DNA of 60,607 nucleotides, the filler included. It is 6 parts of 6 records of this genome, joined end to end, with 100 filler letters (N's around TTAATTAATTAA, not from the genome) between each part and the next. Parts side by side here need not be neighbours in the genome. Positions count along the whole stretch, not along the records: positions 1 to 11,366 come from DRR723986_6765; positions 11,467 to 20,308 come from DRR723986_6776; 4 more parts are not named here. The stretch is one strand, 5' to 3'. Below the pieces are notes generated by a model that was given only the letters and a program-made list of their open reading frames with translations, made no database searches and was not told where the DNA came from. This document shows, piece by piece, positions 9,519 through 20,043 of this stretch (position 1 is the first letter of the stretch; the number at the start of each line of letters is the position of its first letter). The position numbers and the translations under genes are program-made.

Positions 9519-10622
9519 ATGATGAAAAAGTATCTTTTGGCTAGCGTTGCTGCAGTTGCCGGTGTGGCCATGTCCACCGCCGCTTTTGCAGACATCGTGA
9601 TCGCAACTGCAGGCCCGATGACCGGCCAGTACGCCTCCTTCGGCGCGCAGATGAAAGCCGGTGCCGAGCAGGCCGTGGCGGACATCAACGCAGCTGGCGG
9701 CGTCAATGGTGAACAGCTGGTGCTGGAAGTGGGCGACGATGCCTGCGACCCGAAACAGGCTGTTGCCGTTGCCAACCAGATGGTCGGTAAGGGCGTGGTC
9801 TTCATGGCCGGTCACTTCTGCTCGGGCTCTTCCATCCCGGCATCCGCCGTTTACGCGGAAGAAGGTATCGTCCAGATTTCTCCGGCTTCCACCAACCCGA
9901 AGTTCACCGACGAACGTCCGGGCCCGGGCACCTTCCGCGTTTGCGGTCGTGACGACCAGCAGGGTCAGGTTGCCGGTACCTATCTGGCAGAGGAATTCGG
10001 CGACAAGAACATCGCCATCGTTCACGACAAGACTGCCTATGGCAAAGGCCTCGCCGATGCCACCAAGGAAGTCATGAACGCTGCCGGCAAGAACGAAACC
10101 CTCTACGAAGCCTACACTGCCGGTGAAAAGGACTACACTGCGCTGGTTTCCAAGCTGAAGTCGGAAAACATCGACGTTCTCTACGTCGGCGGTTACCACA
10201 CCGAAGCCGGCCTGATGAAGCGTCAGATGGTCGACCAGGGCATGAGCACCGTTCTCGTTTCCGGCGATGCACTCGTGACCGACGAATATTGGTCGATCAC
10301 CGGCCCGGCTGGCGAAGGCACTCTGATGACCTTCTCTCCGGACCCGCGCAAGAACCCGGAAGCTGCTCCGGTCGTGAAGGCACTTGAAGACGCCGGCAAG
10401 ACCGCTGAAGGCTACGCGCTCTACACCTACGCTGCCATCCAGGCTTGGGCTGCAGCTGCCGCAGCTGCCGGCTCCACCGAGTATGACGACGTTGTCGGCG
10501 CCCTGAACGACGGCGACTTCAAGACCGTTCTCGGCGACCTCTCCTTTGACGACAAGGGCGACGTCACCCTGCCGGGCTACGTCTGGTACGAGTGGAAAGA
10601 CGGCCAGTACGACTACAAATAA
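9519..10622 (+). CDS. livK: Branched-chain amino acid ABC periplasmic binding protein (LivK/LivJ family)
   Basis: Signal peptide; DDACDPKQAVAVANQ, GHFCSGSSIPAS, HDKTAYGKGLA. Confidence 0.93.
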   Translation: MMKKYLLASVAAVAGVAMSTAAFADIVIATAGPMTGQYASFGAQMKAGAEQAVADINAAGGVNGEQLVLEVGDDACDPKQAVAVANQMVGKGVVFMAGHFCSGSSIPASAVYAEEGIVQISPASTNPKFTDERPGPGTFRVCGRDDQQGQVAGTYLAEEFGDKNIAIVHDKTAYGKGLADATKEVMNAAGKNETLYEAYTAGEKDYTALVSKLKSENIDVLYVGGYHTEAGLMKRQMVDQGMSTVLVSGDALVTDEYWSITGPAGEGTLMTFSPDPRKNPEAAPVVKALEDAGKTAEGYALYTYAAIQAWAAAAAAAGSTEYDDVVGALNDGDFKTVLGDLSFDDKGDVTLPGYVWYEWKDGQYDYK

Positions 10623-10657
10623 GCCGTATTAGCTGCAAGGTTGATGCTTAGCGTCAG

Positions 10658-10691
10658 GCCCCGTCCGGCAGTTGCCGGGCGGGGTTTTTTG
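10658..10691 (+). terminator. Rho-independent terminator of the liv operon
   Basis: GCCCCGTCCGGC-AGTT-GCCGGGCGGGGT stem (with G-U pairs) followed by a T tract. Confidence 0.85.
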
Positions 10692-11105
10692 TTGCCCGCA
10701 CGGTGCCCGCGTCTCCCTTGTCGCGCTATTTTCCGCATGACGCAGCCAGAGCATTCCGTGACGTTCTACGGCTATTGGTGCAAGTTGGCTTGCGCGAAAC
10801 TCTTCTAGAGGCACAACAAAGAACATCGTTGTGTAGTAAAGATTGCCGAACCCGGAGAAAGATATTTCTTTCTTCGGGCGCTTCTTCTTGAGTAAAAAAT
10901 ACGGCTTCATACCGCGCTGCAAAATATTAAGTCGGCGCCTGACTAAAAAATATCCAAATTTTTTTCATAACCCCTTTCCAAAAGGCAGTAATTTTGTTTT
11001 TCTATGCGCGTTCGCACACATCGATAGCTCTTCAGGAACAGAGGTTACCTGGAGGTTATTGGTCGTGCGTCTAATAATAATGATAGAAGCTGACTTGGGG
11101 ACACA

Positions 11106-11366
11106 ATGGCGAACACACGGGGCGCTGCTGTTAAGTATGACAGCGTTCAAAAGAGCTATGACGGGGAAACCCTGGTCGTAAAGAACCTCAATCTCGATAT
11201 TCCGCCGGGCGAATTCCTGACAATGCTCGGCCCGTCCGGTTCCGGCAAAACCACCTGCCTGATGATGCTGGCCGGTTTCGAACCGGCAACGCATGGCGAA
11301 ATCTACCTGAACGACCGTCCGATCAACAACGTGCCCCCGCACAAGCGCGGCATCGGCATGGTGTTC
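11106..11366 (+). CDS. Polyamine-type ABC ATPase (PotA family), 5' part truncated at contig end
   Basis: LGPSGSGKTTCLMMLAGFE, PPHKRGIGMVF. Confidence 0.88.
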
Positions 11367-11466
11367 NNNNNNNNNNNNNNNNNNNNNNNNNNNNNNNNNN
11401 NNNNNNNNNNTTAATTAATTAANNNNNNNNNNNNNNNNNNNNNNNNNNNNNNNNNNNNNNNNNNNN
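11367..11466. other. Artificial contig linker
   Basis: 44 N + TTAATTAATTAA (stops in all six frames) + 44 N. Confidence 0.99.
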
Positions 11467-11549
11467 CCCGGTTGTCCTGCGGACTGAAATTGAGCGAAAT
11501 TTGGATAACGCACACTCTAGAAATCTTCAATTCTTCAGACTTCGCTCCC

Positions 11550-14099
11550 TCAATGGCTTATCTGCAGCATCAGCGTGTTTGAAGTACCATCTGCCAAGAC
11601 CAGATGCACGCAGTATATACCGCCTGAGAGCCCTTGTGTGTTAATCTCAACACCCGAACCACTGAATTGCCAAGGCGCCGACTGCGAAGCACCACGCAGG
11701 TCAAAAATGTTAACTGCCGCCGGAGACTCAAGTACATTACCGATGAAACAGGTGTTAACAGCCGGGTTCGGCTGGATTGTGTACTGTGCTGCGGCCCTAC
11801 CTTGTTCACCAAAACTGGAGATAACTTTTGCGTGGATCACATTGCCAACTTCATTAGACTCAAAAGCCGCAGCCTCATCATACAAGATTTTTGCCTGGAC
11901 CTTGACCTGCTTAAAACTCGTCGTCGGGCTCTTGGGATGCACATAAAACTTGAGATAGGCGGTCGCCGGATTTGAGTTCTCGTCCGCAGGCTCAAGGTCG
12001 ATATCATTCAGGAAAAACGTTAATGTTCTACGCGCATTCAAATGGTAGGTCACGCCGCTGGAACTACCTCCAAGTTGAATGCTATGTGGATCGACGTCCT
12101 CGTCAAGCTCAATCTGAACGCGGGCATTTTTAACGTTCTCAGATCCGCTATTCTGCAGGAGCAGAGTATAGTTAAGCAGCAGGTCGTCTTCGTAATCTAG
12201 CTCGCCAAGTACGCCGCGGCCGCGTGGGTTGTTCACCAGGCGGTTTAACCTTTGTGAATCGGAAATGACATCACAAAATTGATCACCTGCGCCACGCAAA
12301 AGATTAGCTTGATCGTATGTGTCATAATCCAACTCGGCGCACAGAATCTCACCTACAAGCGACTCGTCATCGCTAATATCAAACTCTAGCCTGATCAAAG
12401 CGCCGGCTCCAACGGCTACTTCACTCAGGGCCCACTCGAGGCTAGATGCGTCGCGCGTCTGTGGCTCGATAGAACTACTGAGGTAGTTAAGTCGCTCGTC
12501 CAAACGCAATCGAAGGTTTCCGCTGTAGGGCAGTGAACCAGTGTTGGTGTACGAAACCCAATAACTGAAACTCTGCCCGGGAATTGGCTGCGTTCCAACG
12601 ACCGACACATCCAATTCGCGAATCTCAAGACGGGCCTTAAGTCCAAAAGAAATGTCAGTAATAGCCCCATCCGCAATTTTTGGGTTAAGTGCGTAACAGT
12701 CACTTCCGGAACTCGTCCAGCCCACATCCCAATTGCGTAGATCTTTAGCACAAACAGAGACCGCCGCCGCCGGAACCATCGCTGTATAGTTACCCTCAGC
12801 GTCGGTAGTGACCGTAAACTGGCCGGGAGTAATCTCTAGCTGCACTGCAGAGGCGGGTTGTTCATCTTCATCGAACTGTCCATCTTGATCCAAATCGTAC
12901 CAGACCTTGCCGCTCAGCGGCACTTTTGGAAGCAAATCTATACCCGTGCTTACCAAAATCTTGTCTGTAGCTGATACAATTTGTCCGCGGGACATGCGGA
13001 AGCCACCAATGATGACGACCTGTCCATTTGGTAGGAGATGCATGCTGTGACCGGAAATACCGTTGGGCAAACTTTGTAGCTCGCGCCATTGATTCAGGTC
13101 AGGGCTAAAAACTTCTATGGTTTTAAGCGAATACTGGCTACCAATATAGCCAAGAGGATAAGTTTTCGTGCCGGCCGAAACCAGTATGCGTCCATCACTC
13201 AGTAAAACCTGCGCGTGATCATGGCGCTCTGTACGCAACGACCGCATCGTTTCCCAGATACCAGTTTCTGAATCATAGATTTCACAGACGCGTGTTGCAA
13301 CCGGCCGGCCGCCAGTACGCAACGCCCGCCCATCAGCCATCAGTGTCATGGCATGGGCGCCGGTTCCCTCACCGACAAAACTCCCTGTACCGATCCATGT
13401 GTCAGATTCAGGATCATACAGATCGCATGACCTGTCATAGCCGTCAACAGAGTTAAAGCCGTTATTTGCAAGTATTTGTCCATTGGGAAGCATCAAAGCC
13501 CCAAAACCATTTCTATGGCGTGGTAGGTCAGCCGCCGCACTCCAGGAATCAGTCTCTGGATCGTAAATCTCACACGAAGCCAAAGACTTCGGATACCTGC
13601 GGTTGGGATCGACCCAACTTCCGCCAATCGCCAGGCAACGCCCATCCGAAAGATTAATCAGCCGGCATCCCTCGCGCTTAAACACCATCTTCGCCGCCGC
13701 CGACCAACTGTCAAGCGCCGGGTCGTAAATGTAACAGCGTTTGAACGATTCTCCAGAGTTTGATGCACCTCCAACAACCAGCACGCGGCCATCGTTCATT
13801 ACTATCGCACTTTGCCGCACACCTGGCTCCATTTGGTTGGCTGCTGCCGTCAGGCTATTGTCCCTGTAGTCAAATATATCGACTGACACTGAGGGACTTG
13901 CGTCATTAGGCCCGCCACCGATAATCAGAATCCTGTCATCTGGCAGCATGACACTGGTCGGTACGTCCCGGATCACATTCATCGTCGCGACTTCCTGCCA
14001 GTCTTGTGCTCTCAGTTCATTAACACTGGCCAGAAGCAAACACAGAAAAAATGGCAGGATGTTTGTAAGACTATTTTTTGCAAGCATAGGGGTTCGCAT
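11550..14099 (-). CDS. Secreted Kelch-repeat protein with Ig-like stalk and T9SS-type C-terminal domain (paralog 1)
   Basis: Signal peptide ending LRA/Q; repeated DGRVLxxGG...IYDPxxDSW Kelch units; SGKVWYDLDQDG; C-terminal IQPNPA...LSGGIY. Confidence 0.85.
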   Translation of the reverse strand: MRTPMLAKNSLTNILPFFLCLLLASVNELRAQDWQEVATMNVIRDVPTSVMLPDDRILIIGGGPNDASPSVSVDIFDYRDNSLTAAANQMEPGVRQSAIVMNDGRVLVVGGASNSGESFKRCYIYDPALDSWSAAAKMVFKREGCRLINLSDGRCLAIGGSWVDPNRRYPKSLASCEIYDPETDSWSAAADLPRHRNGFGALMLPNGQILANNGFNSVDGYDRSCDLYDPESDTWIGTGSFVGEGTGAHAMTLMADGRALRTGGRPVATRVCEIYDSETGIWETMRSLRTERHDHAQVLLSDGRILVSAGTKTYPLGYIGSQYSLKTIEVFSPDLNQWRELQSLPNGISGHSMHLLPNGQVVIIGGFRMSRGQIVSATDKILVSTGIDLLPKVPLSGKVWYDLDQDGQFDEDEQPASAVQLEITPGQFTVTTDAEGNYTAMVPAAAVSVCAKDLRNWDVGWTSSGSDCYALNPKIADGAITDISFGLKARLEIRELDVSVVGTQPIPGQSFSYWVSYTNTGSLPYSGNLRLRLDERLNYLSSSIEPQTRDASSLEWALSEVAVGAGALIRLEFDISDDESLVGEILCAELDYDTYDQANLLRGAGDQFCDVISDSQRLNRLVNNPRGRGVLGELDYEDDLLLNYTLLLQNSGSENVKNARVQIELDEDVDPHSIQLGGSSSGVTYHLNARRTLTFFLNDIDLEPADENSNPATAYLKFYVHPKSPTTSFKQVKVQAKILYDEAAAFESNEVGNVIHAKVISSFGEQGRAAAQYTIQPNPAVNTCFIGNVLESPAAVNIFDLRGASQSAPWQFSGSGVEINTQGLSGGIYCVHLVLADGTSNTLMLQISH

Positions 14100-14177
14100 A
14101 CAAAGATTGGATGTCTGTTAAAGAAAGCGACTTATACAACACGCATTAGAAACTGAAACATTTTTCGATCGCTGCGG

Positions 14178-14201
14178 GCAGCCTCAAACTCTTGAGGCTG
14201 C
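14178..14201. terminator. Perfect 10-bp stem-loop between Kelch paralogs 2 and 1
   Basis: GCAGCCTCAA-ACTC-TTGAGGCTGC; no adjacent U tract, so a terminator role is uncertain. Confidence 0.45.
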
Positions 14202-14317
14202 ATTCCCAAAGCCAAACAAAACAATCAAAAAAGCCTGAGTGACGAGCAGAGCGAGAAGCTCAAAGCGCGCATGCCCAAATCAACGAACACACACAAAGTT
14301 TAACAACCCACGCAAGT

Positions 14318-16843
14318 TTAACGCACAATCTGCAGCGCACGCGCCACACGCCCCAAATCGTCAAATTCCAGATTAAGCCAATATGCGCCCGGCCGCAAAC
14401 TGCGCACGTCAATTTCCACATTGCCCGCCTGCCGCTTCCAGGCCACGGGCTGCACACGCCCAAGCTGATCAACCACAGAAACTGAACGTAGCGCATCTGC
14501 CAACTCCTCAATTCCACTGACGGTTAACGCCTCCGTCACCGGATTCGGGTACAGGCTAACATTCGTTTTGTTAACAACTACATCGTCAACAGTGCTCACG
14601 ACCTTCACGATTGTAGTGAGTACACCATTGCTAAACTCCGAGCTGCCCGCACCAAAATCAATATTCGCAAACTGCGGGATCTCAGCAACTTCCGTGCTCG
14701 GCTTATTGGGTTTAATAAAGTAGCGCACATAACCGCGCGACTCAGCCTCGGAAACCCCGGAGGGCTGCAGGTTAACATCCTGCAGATTAAGTGTTAACTC
14801 GCCATTCGCGTCTACCTGCGCTTTAGTGGGATGTGAACTGGGGCCCTGCGCAAAACTCGCCCAATCCAGGTCTCCATCCAGCCGGACCGAGATGCGCATA
14901 TCCGCGACCACGCTGCTGCCCAGATTCTGAAAATACACTGTATAACTCAGAGTCAGGTCGTCTGCATAAAACAAGGCTCCGCCGGAGCCCTGCCCCACAG
15001 GCGAAACCTGGATTGCATTTGGACTATGCTGCCCGCGAATGCGCTCACAGAATTTGTCCTGGCCGCCGCGTAGAACTTCAGAACCTGCGTCGATATCATA
15101 TCGCACAAGGCCGCAGAGCTCAGTGTCAATCAGGCTGTTGTCGTCCGGGACGTTAAACTCAAGAACTATGGCATTCGATTCACCAACCGGAAAATCTTGC
15201 AGCCCCCAGCTAAGGCGGCTGTCAACCTGCGAACTCGGGGCGACGGAGCTATTAACAAATTGCAGAAGCGCATCGAATTCAAAGTTTAATTCACCCGAGT
15301 ACGCGACCGTACCCGAGTTGCGAAATGTTAAGTAATACGTCAATGCCGCACCGACGCTTGGCCGCGTGCTCACAATCGAGACCTCCAGCTCACGCGCCTG
15401 CCGCTCTGCCGTAAGCCCAAAGTCCAGCTTGTTAACACGCTGATCAAAAGCTTCGAGCTCAACTTCATAACAGCCGCCGCCGGCATCGGGCCATGCCGTC
15501 TGCCAGTTGGCAGCATCTACCCGGCAAATGCTGTATTGCCCCAGCGGAATTCTCAACTCGTAGTTGCCGTCAGTATCAGTTGTTCCAAAATACGGACCCG
15601 GCAGGGCCACAATTTTGGTGTTAACTGCAGGTTCATCGTTAATGCCTACTTTGCCATCCTGATCGATATCGTACCAGACCGTTCCGGACACATAAGCCCG
15701 CGGATTGAGATCGTCAAAATCGCTGACAATGATAGCGTCACTGGCCTGGCCCCGGCTATCATTTGTTAAGGAATATCCTCCGAACAGAGCAACATTTCCG
15801 TTGGGCAGGGTAACGGCACGCGGCGCAACGAGTGAACGCGGCAGCGGATCGACGTCCGACCAGGCTTCACTTTCAGGGTCAAACATTTCAACTGAGTTTG
15901 TCGAATTTTGACCGCTTTGGCCGCCACCGGTGACGACGCCGCCAATCGCAAGAACTTTAGCATTCCCGAGCCCTACCAGTGCGTGACCGTAACGCGCACG
16001 ATTGAGCTGACCTGCTGTACTCCACTTGCCCGCGGCCGGATCATAGAGTTCACTGGAGTTCTGTGGTCCCGGCCATCCGCCGGTGCGCAAGACACGACCA
16101 TCAAGCAGGTGTGTGGTCGAATGCCCACCGGTTGCTGGTCCCTGGAAGGCCCCTGTCGCAGCCCAGGAATCAGTCGTCGGATTGTACAGTTGGCAGTCGC
16201 GGCTATAATCATTTTCTGTGCTGAAGCCATTTGGTGTTAACACTAGTCCGTTGTCCAGGACCAAAGCTTTCATCGAATTACGCGCGGTGTTCATTCTTGC
16301 TGTGAGCGCCCAGGCATCGGCAGCCGGGTCATAGATTTCGCAACTGTTAAGCGACTTCAGTTCACTCGTTCCGGCTGCGCCACCAACACCTCCAAGCGCC
16401 ATTACCCTGCCATCGATCAAACGCACAAAACTAAAATTTCGGCGGCGTGAGTTCATTGGTGCTACTTCCGTCCACAGGTCGCGGGCCGGATCATATATTA
16501 AACAGAAATTCTGCACCTGGTCGGAACTAGCTCCACCGCCGGCTACAAACACGCGTCCATCCACAAGCAGTAGGGCTTTGTGCCCGCGCAGCGGACGAGG
16601 CATATCTGCAGCTGCACGCACACTGTTATCGCGGTAATCAAAAATTTCAGCTGAAACGTAGGCCGATTCTGGATTGGGGCCACCGCCACAGATCAGAACC
16701 CGTCCGTCGGCCAGCAGCACAGCGGCAGTGGCCTCACGCGCTGCATTCATACTAGCTGCGTTACGCCAGTTTTGCGGGAACATTTCGGCAGTGGTAAAAA
16801 GCACCAGAAATAAAACAGTCAGACTACATCGTTGAATCATCAT
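14318..16843 (-). CDS. Secreted Kelch-repeat protein with Ig-like stalk and T9SS-type C-terminal domain (paralog 2)
   Basis: Same architecture; LLxDGRVLxxGG repeats; SGTVWYDIDQDG; YTVYFQNLG; LYPNPV...LRPGAYWL. Confidence 0.87.
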   Translation of the reverse strand: MMIQRCSLTVLFLVLFTTAEMFPQNWRNAASMNAAREATAAVLLADGRVLICGGGPNPESAYVSAEIFDYRDNSVRAAADMPRPLRGHKALLLVDGRVFVAGGGASSDQVQNFCLIYDPARDLWTEVAPMNSRRRNFSFVRLIDGRVMALGGVGGAAGTSELKSLNSCEIYDPAADAWALTARMNTARNSMKALVLDNGLVLTPNGFSTENDYSRDCQLYNPTTDSWAATGAFQGPATGGHSTTHLLDGRVLRTGGWPGPQNSSELYDPAAGKWSTAGQLNRARYGHALVGLGNAKVLAIGGVVTGGGQSGQNSTNSVEMFDPESEAWSDVDPLPRSLVAPRAVTLPNGNVALFGGYSLTNDSRGQASDAIIVSDFDDLNPRAYVSGTVWYDIDQDGKVGINDEPAVNTKIVALPGPYFGTTDTDGNYELRIPLGQYSICRVDAANWQTAWPDAGGGCYEVELEAFDQRVNKLDFGLTAERQARELEVSIVSTRPSVGAALTYYLTFRNSGTVAYSGELNFEFDALLQFVNSSVAPSSQVDSRLSWGLQDFPVGESNAIVLEFNVPDDNSLIDTELCGLVRYDIDAGSEVLRGGQDKFCERIRGQHSPNAIQVSPVGQGSGGALFYADDLTLSYTVYFQNLGSSVVADMRISVRLDGDLDWASFAQGPSSHPTKAQVDANGELTLNLQDVNLQPSGVSEAESRGYVRYFIKPNKPSTEVAEIPQFANIDFGAGSSEFSNGVLTTIVKVVSTVDDVVVNKTNVSLYPNPVTEALTVSGIEELADALRSVSVVDQLGRVQPVAWKRQAGNVEIDVRSLRPGAYWLNLEFDDLGRVARALQIVR

Positions 16844-17143
16844 CGCATTCAGCCAATTTCATTGTGATATTTAGGCGGCACAGCGGGCGGAGCCAACATG
16901 GTCCAACATCCGCCAAACACTTACTGTGCAAGGGTTTATGCGCAGGCGCTTCCGAATGTGCCCTTGCGTACACGGCAGTTGCGCACGGCGCTGTGGAATT
17001 CTCAGGGCTTCAAACTATTCAATTTCTCTAAATGTATCGACATTAAATTATCGGTTCCGGCGGTGGACGGAAGCTCTGGCTTGCATGTTTTTGAGCTGGA
17101 GGCAACACATCATCAAAAGCACAGTGTTTAACAAGGCCGCAGC

Positions 17144-19714
17144 TCAACGCTCAATAACCAATGGCAAACTAACAGTCGCGCCGCCGTCAAACACAAGACT
17201 TAACCAATAACGGCCCGCCCCTAAGCCGGAGCTGTCAAACCTCAACTCAGAGCCACGTGCAGTCCAGGTAAGTGCGTATTCACTCCCTAAAACATCGATC
17301 AGTTGTGCCGTCCAGGGCAGAAATTCAAGTCCCTTAACGACAAAATTGTTGGCAGCCGGATTAGGCGAGATGGTCAAGCCATAAACTGCAGCCGGCAAAT
17401 CGCCCTCAGCAATCGAAGTTGTGTTTAACGTCAATGTCGTTAACACCGTATTGGTCATGATCGCCGGGTTGTAATCAAAATAGATTCCCGCATCATTCTT
17501 AATTTCCAGCGCCTCATCTACTGGCGTAATCGCATTCATGTAGTACCGCACAAAACCCTGGCTCCCAGGCTCATCGGCGGCTTTATGCGGCAGAAGAATA
17601 TTATCAAACCTGAATGTTAATATACCGTCGCGTGAGATCGTCACATCCACCGGGTGACTCGACTGACCGAACTCAAAACTCTTGGCATCAAGGTTAGGGT
17701 GAATCGGATTGTTAATCCTGACGTTAAATGCCGTGTCAGTCCCGAGGTTCTGAAAGTAAATAGTATAACTCAGCAAGGTGTTGTCACTGGAGAGAATACC
17801 GCGCTCGCCAAGCCCGCGCGGCGACACTACAATTTCGTTCGGGTCATATGAACCTCGAATAATATCACAGAACTCATCCTCGCCGGCGCGAATCAGATCG
17901 TCGCCTTGATTGTGGTCGTACTCTGCCGAAGCACATAACTCCTCGCCCAACAACTCGATGTCCGCTGGTACGGTAAATGTAATTTCAATAGTCCGTTCTT
18001 CGCCAATTGCCACATTTTCGAGCCCCCAGAGCAACATGCCTGCCTGCGTGTCATCGGCAGGTACGGATGTGCGTTCGAACTGTAAAATCGGATCATACGT
18101 AAACTGCAAGGTACCGTTGTAGGGTACGGTTCCGGAATTGCGAAAAGTCAACCAGTAAGTCAGTTCAAAGCCGGGACGCGCTTGCGAAGCGATAATGCAG
18201 ACATCCAATTCGCGAACAACGCCAATCGGTTGCATGCCGAAGTCCAGACCGCCGATTGCAGCTCCATCCCCATTCACTTCCACGTCGTGGCATTTGGAAT
18301 CTGTTTGCGGCCAGGAAGGCGCCCAATGCCGCACCGCCGGCGCGCAAATTTCGTAGGTGCCGGGCGTAACATACAAGCTGTATTTGCCTTCAGCAGTACT
18401 GTGCCCGATATATTGATCTGGTGTGACCGACACAAGAACATCCGGCATCGGTGCGTCTTCGCCATTTACGCGGCCGTCGCCGTTAAAGTCGTACCACACC
18501 CGCCCGGAGAGATGAGTAAAACCTTCCAGCTCTCCGACGGGGCGACTGTAAATGGAATAGCCATTCTGCTCGGGGTCTATTCCGCCGATAACCAATACCT
18601 CGCCGTTCGATACATATTCCAATGTGTGACCAGCCCGTATTTGCGGCAAGGGGTTTATTGGGATCCATTGTTGTATGACTGGATTATATTCTTCGGTGGC
18701 GCGAACAACTGCTTCAAAATCTTCTGAGCCCGCACCTCCGACTATCCACACGCGATCATCGGGTAACACAATCATCTCATAACTGGAACGATTTTCGCGC
18801 GTTGATTCAAGGACCTCCCACTCATTCTTGGAGGGTATGTACATTGCGACAGAATTGCGTTTGCCGAGCACTTCAGGGTTAGGGCAGACGGTGAGCACAT
18901 CACCATTGGACAGCAGTACCATCCTGTGTTTTGCTGAATTTTCAATCGGATTAAGCGGAAGAGTATTCCATGTGTCATTTTGTGGATCGTAACGGTCGAA
19001 TTGGCGCCGGGCCCCGCCACCTGTATACAGTCCAGGACCTACCATGACAGTGCCGTCATGTAGTACAAGCATCTCATGACCTCCGCGTGTAGCAGGTAAA
19101 TCTGCAGCGAAAGTCCAGGTATCAGAAGATGGATCATAAATTTGTGACAATGATAGAGGATCAGGCGATGTAGACGGAGGATCCGAATTCCGCTTCCCAG
19201 AGCCGCCGGTAACTAACACACGACCATCCTGAAGTTTGACAGCCGACATCGAAAAGCCATAAAACAGGGGCGCAGCCGCTGCTGACCAAGTGTCCGCAAC
19301 AGGATCATAAATTTCGCTGGATCTATAAAGGCCCGACTTTGCTATTACATAATCTCCCTGTCCTCCAAAAACCAAAACACGGCCATCGTCCAACAAAACT
19401 GCATTATGATGGGAGTGTGGGCTTGAGCTGGATGCAGCCCGAGACAGGGTTTGAGTGTTTGGATCGTAGATTTCGACTTCTCTCCATGGGTCCTGTTTCA
19501 GTATTCCCCCATCCCGCATTTCCCCACCAACGATCAGAACTCGTCCATCCTGCAGTACAGTCGAAGAAAGTCTGTAACGATAATACTCGCTACGCGCCAC
19601 TTCCTGCCACTCTTGAGCACACAGCGCCCCAGGAAGGCAATTGACCGCGATTACGATAAAAACGAAGAGCAATTGAAGACTGATTCTATTCATATTGAAC
19701 TTCCTCCTGAGCAC
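17144..19714 (-). CDS. Secreted Kelch-repeat protein with Ig-like stalk and T9SS-type C-terminal domain (paralog 3)
   Basis: Same architecture; SGRVWYDFNGDG; GSYDPNE, YTIYFQNLGTDTA, IYFDYNPAI (DUF7619-like); ISPNPA...GRYWL; true start may be ATG at 19693. Confidence 0.87.
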   Translation of the reverse strand: MLRRKFNMNRISLQLLFVFIVIAVNCLPGALCAQEWQEVARSEYYRYRLSSTVLQDGRVLIVGGEMRDGGILKQDPWREVEIYDPNTQTLSRAASSSSPHSHHNAVLLDDGRVLVFGGQGDYVIAKSGLYRSSEIYDPVADTWSAAAAPLFYGFSMSAVKLQDGRVLVTGGSGKRNSDPPSTSPDPLSLSQIYDPSSDTWTFAADLPATRGGHEMLVLHDGTVMVGPGLYTGGGARRQFDRYDPQNDTWNTLPLNPIENSAKHRMVLLSNGDVLTVCPNPEVLGKRNSVAMYIPSKNEWEVLESTRENRSSYEMIVLPDDRVWIVGGAGSEDFEAVVRATEEYNPVIQQWIPINPLPQIRAGHTLEYVSNGEVLVIGGIDPEQNGYSIYSRPVGELEGFTHLSGRVWYDFNGDGRVNGEDAPMPDVLVSVTPDQYIGHSTAEGKYSLYVTPGTYEICAPAVRHWAPSWPQTDSKCHDVEVNGDGAAIGGLDFGMQPIGVVRELDVCIIASQARPGFELTYWLTFRNSGTVPYNGTLQFTYDPILQFERTSVPADDTQAGMLLWGLENVAIGEERTIEITFTVPADIELLGEELCASAEYDHNQGDDLIRAGEDEFCDIIRGSYDPNEIVVSPRGLGERGILSSDNTLLSYTIYFQNLGTDTAFNVRINNPIHPNLDAKSFEFGQSSHPVDVTISRDGILTFRFDNILLPHKAADEPGSQGFVRYYMNAITPVDEALEIKNDAGIYFDYNPAIMTNTVLTTLTLNTTSIAEGDLPAAVYGLTISPNPAANNFVVKGLEFLPWTAQLIDVLGSEYALTWTARGSELRFDSSGLGAGRYWLSLVFDGGATVSLPLVIER

Positions 19715-20043
19715 GACTTATCACTGTTGGCTAAACGGATCCAGTGCAGGATGAAAAATTCGCACACAGCGAATCAAGCTGCGATCGCATCCGTCGTCAA
19801 TATCCGACTGATTCTACTACTTCAAATATGCGATATTTTCAGCATTTAAGTGCCGAAAAACTGTGGTAGTTATTTCTCAATCACGGTGAGAGTCAAGTAA
19901 TCGACAGGTCTGCGCTTTGAGCGCCTTGTTTTCTCGCCATCCTTGGTCAGGATTGGGCTCTTGCACTACGGGCTCAGGCTTGGGTGATTTTCTTGGTAGT
20001 TGTTGGGTCGGGAGGCTGAAGTGATTGAGGTTCTTTTGCACGC

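Noticed and set aside
11411-11422. TTAATTAATTAA as a biological repeat (5 copies)
   Set aside because: Always centred in 44+44 N; an assembly linker
11550-19714. Galactose/glyoxal oxidase activity for the Kelch proteins
   Set aside because: I could not identify the Cys-Tyr cofactor pair, the Tyr-His copper ligands or the C-terminal His-donating domain by eye; a structural model is needed
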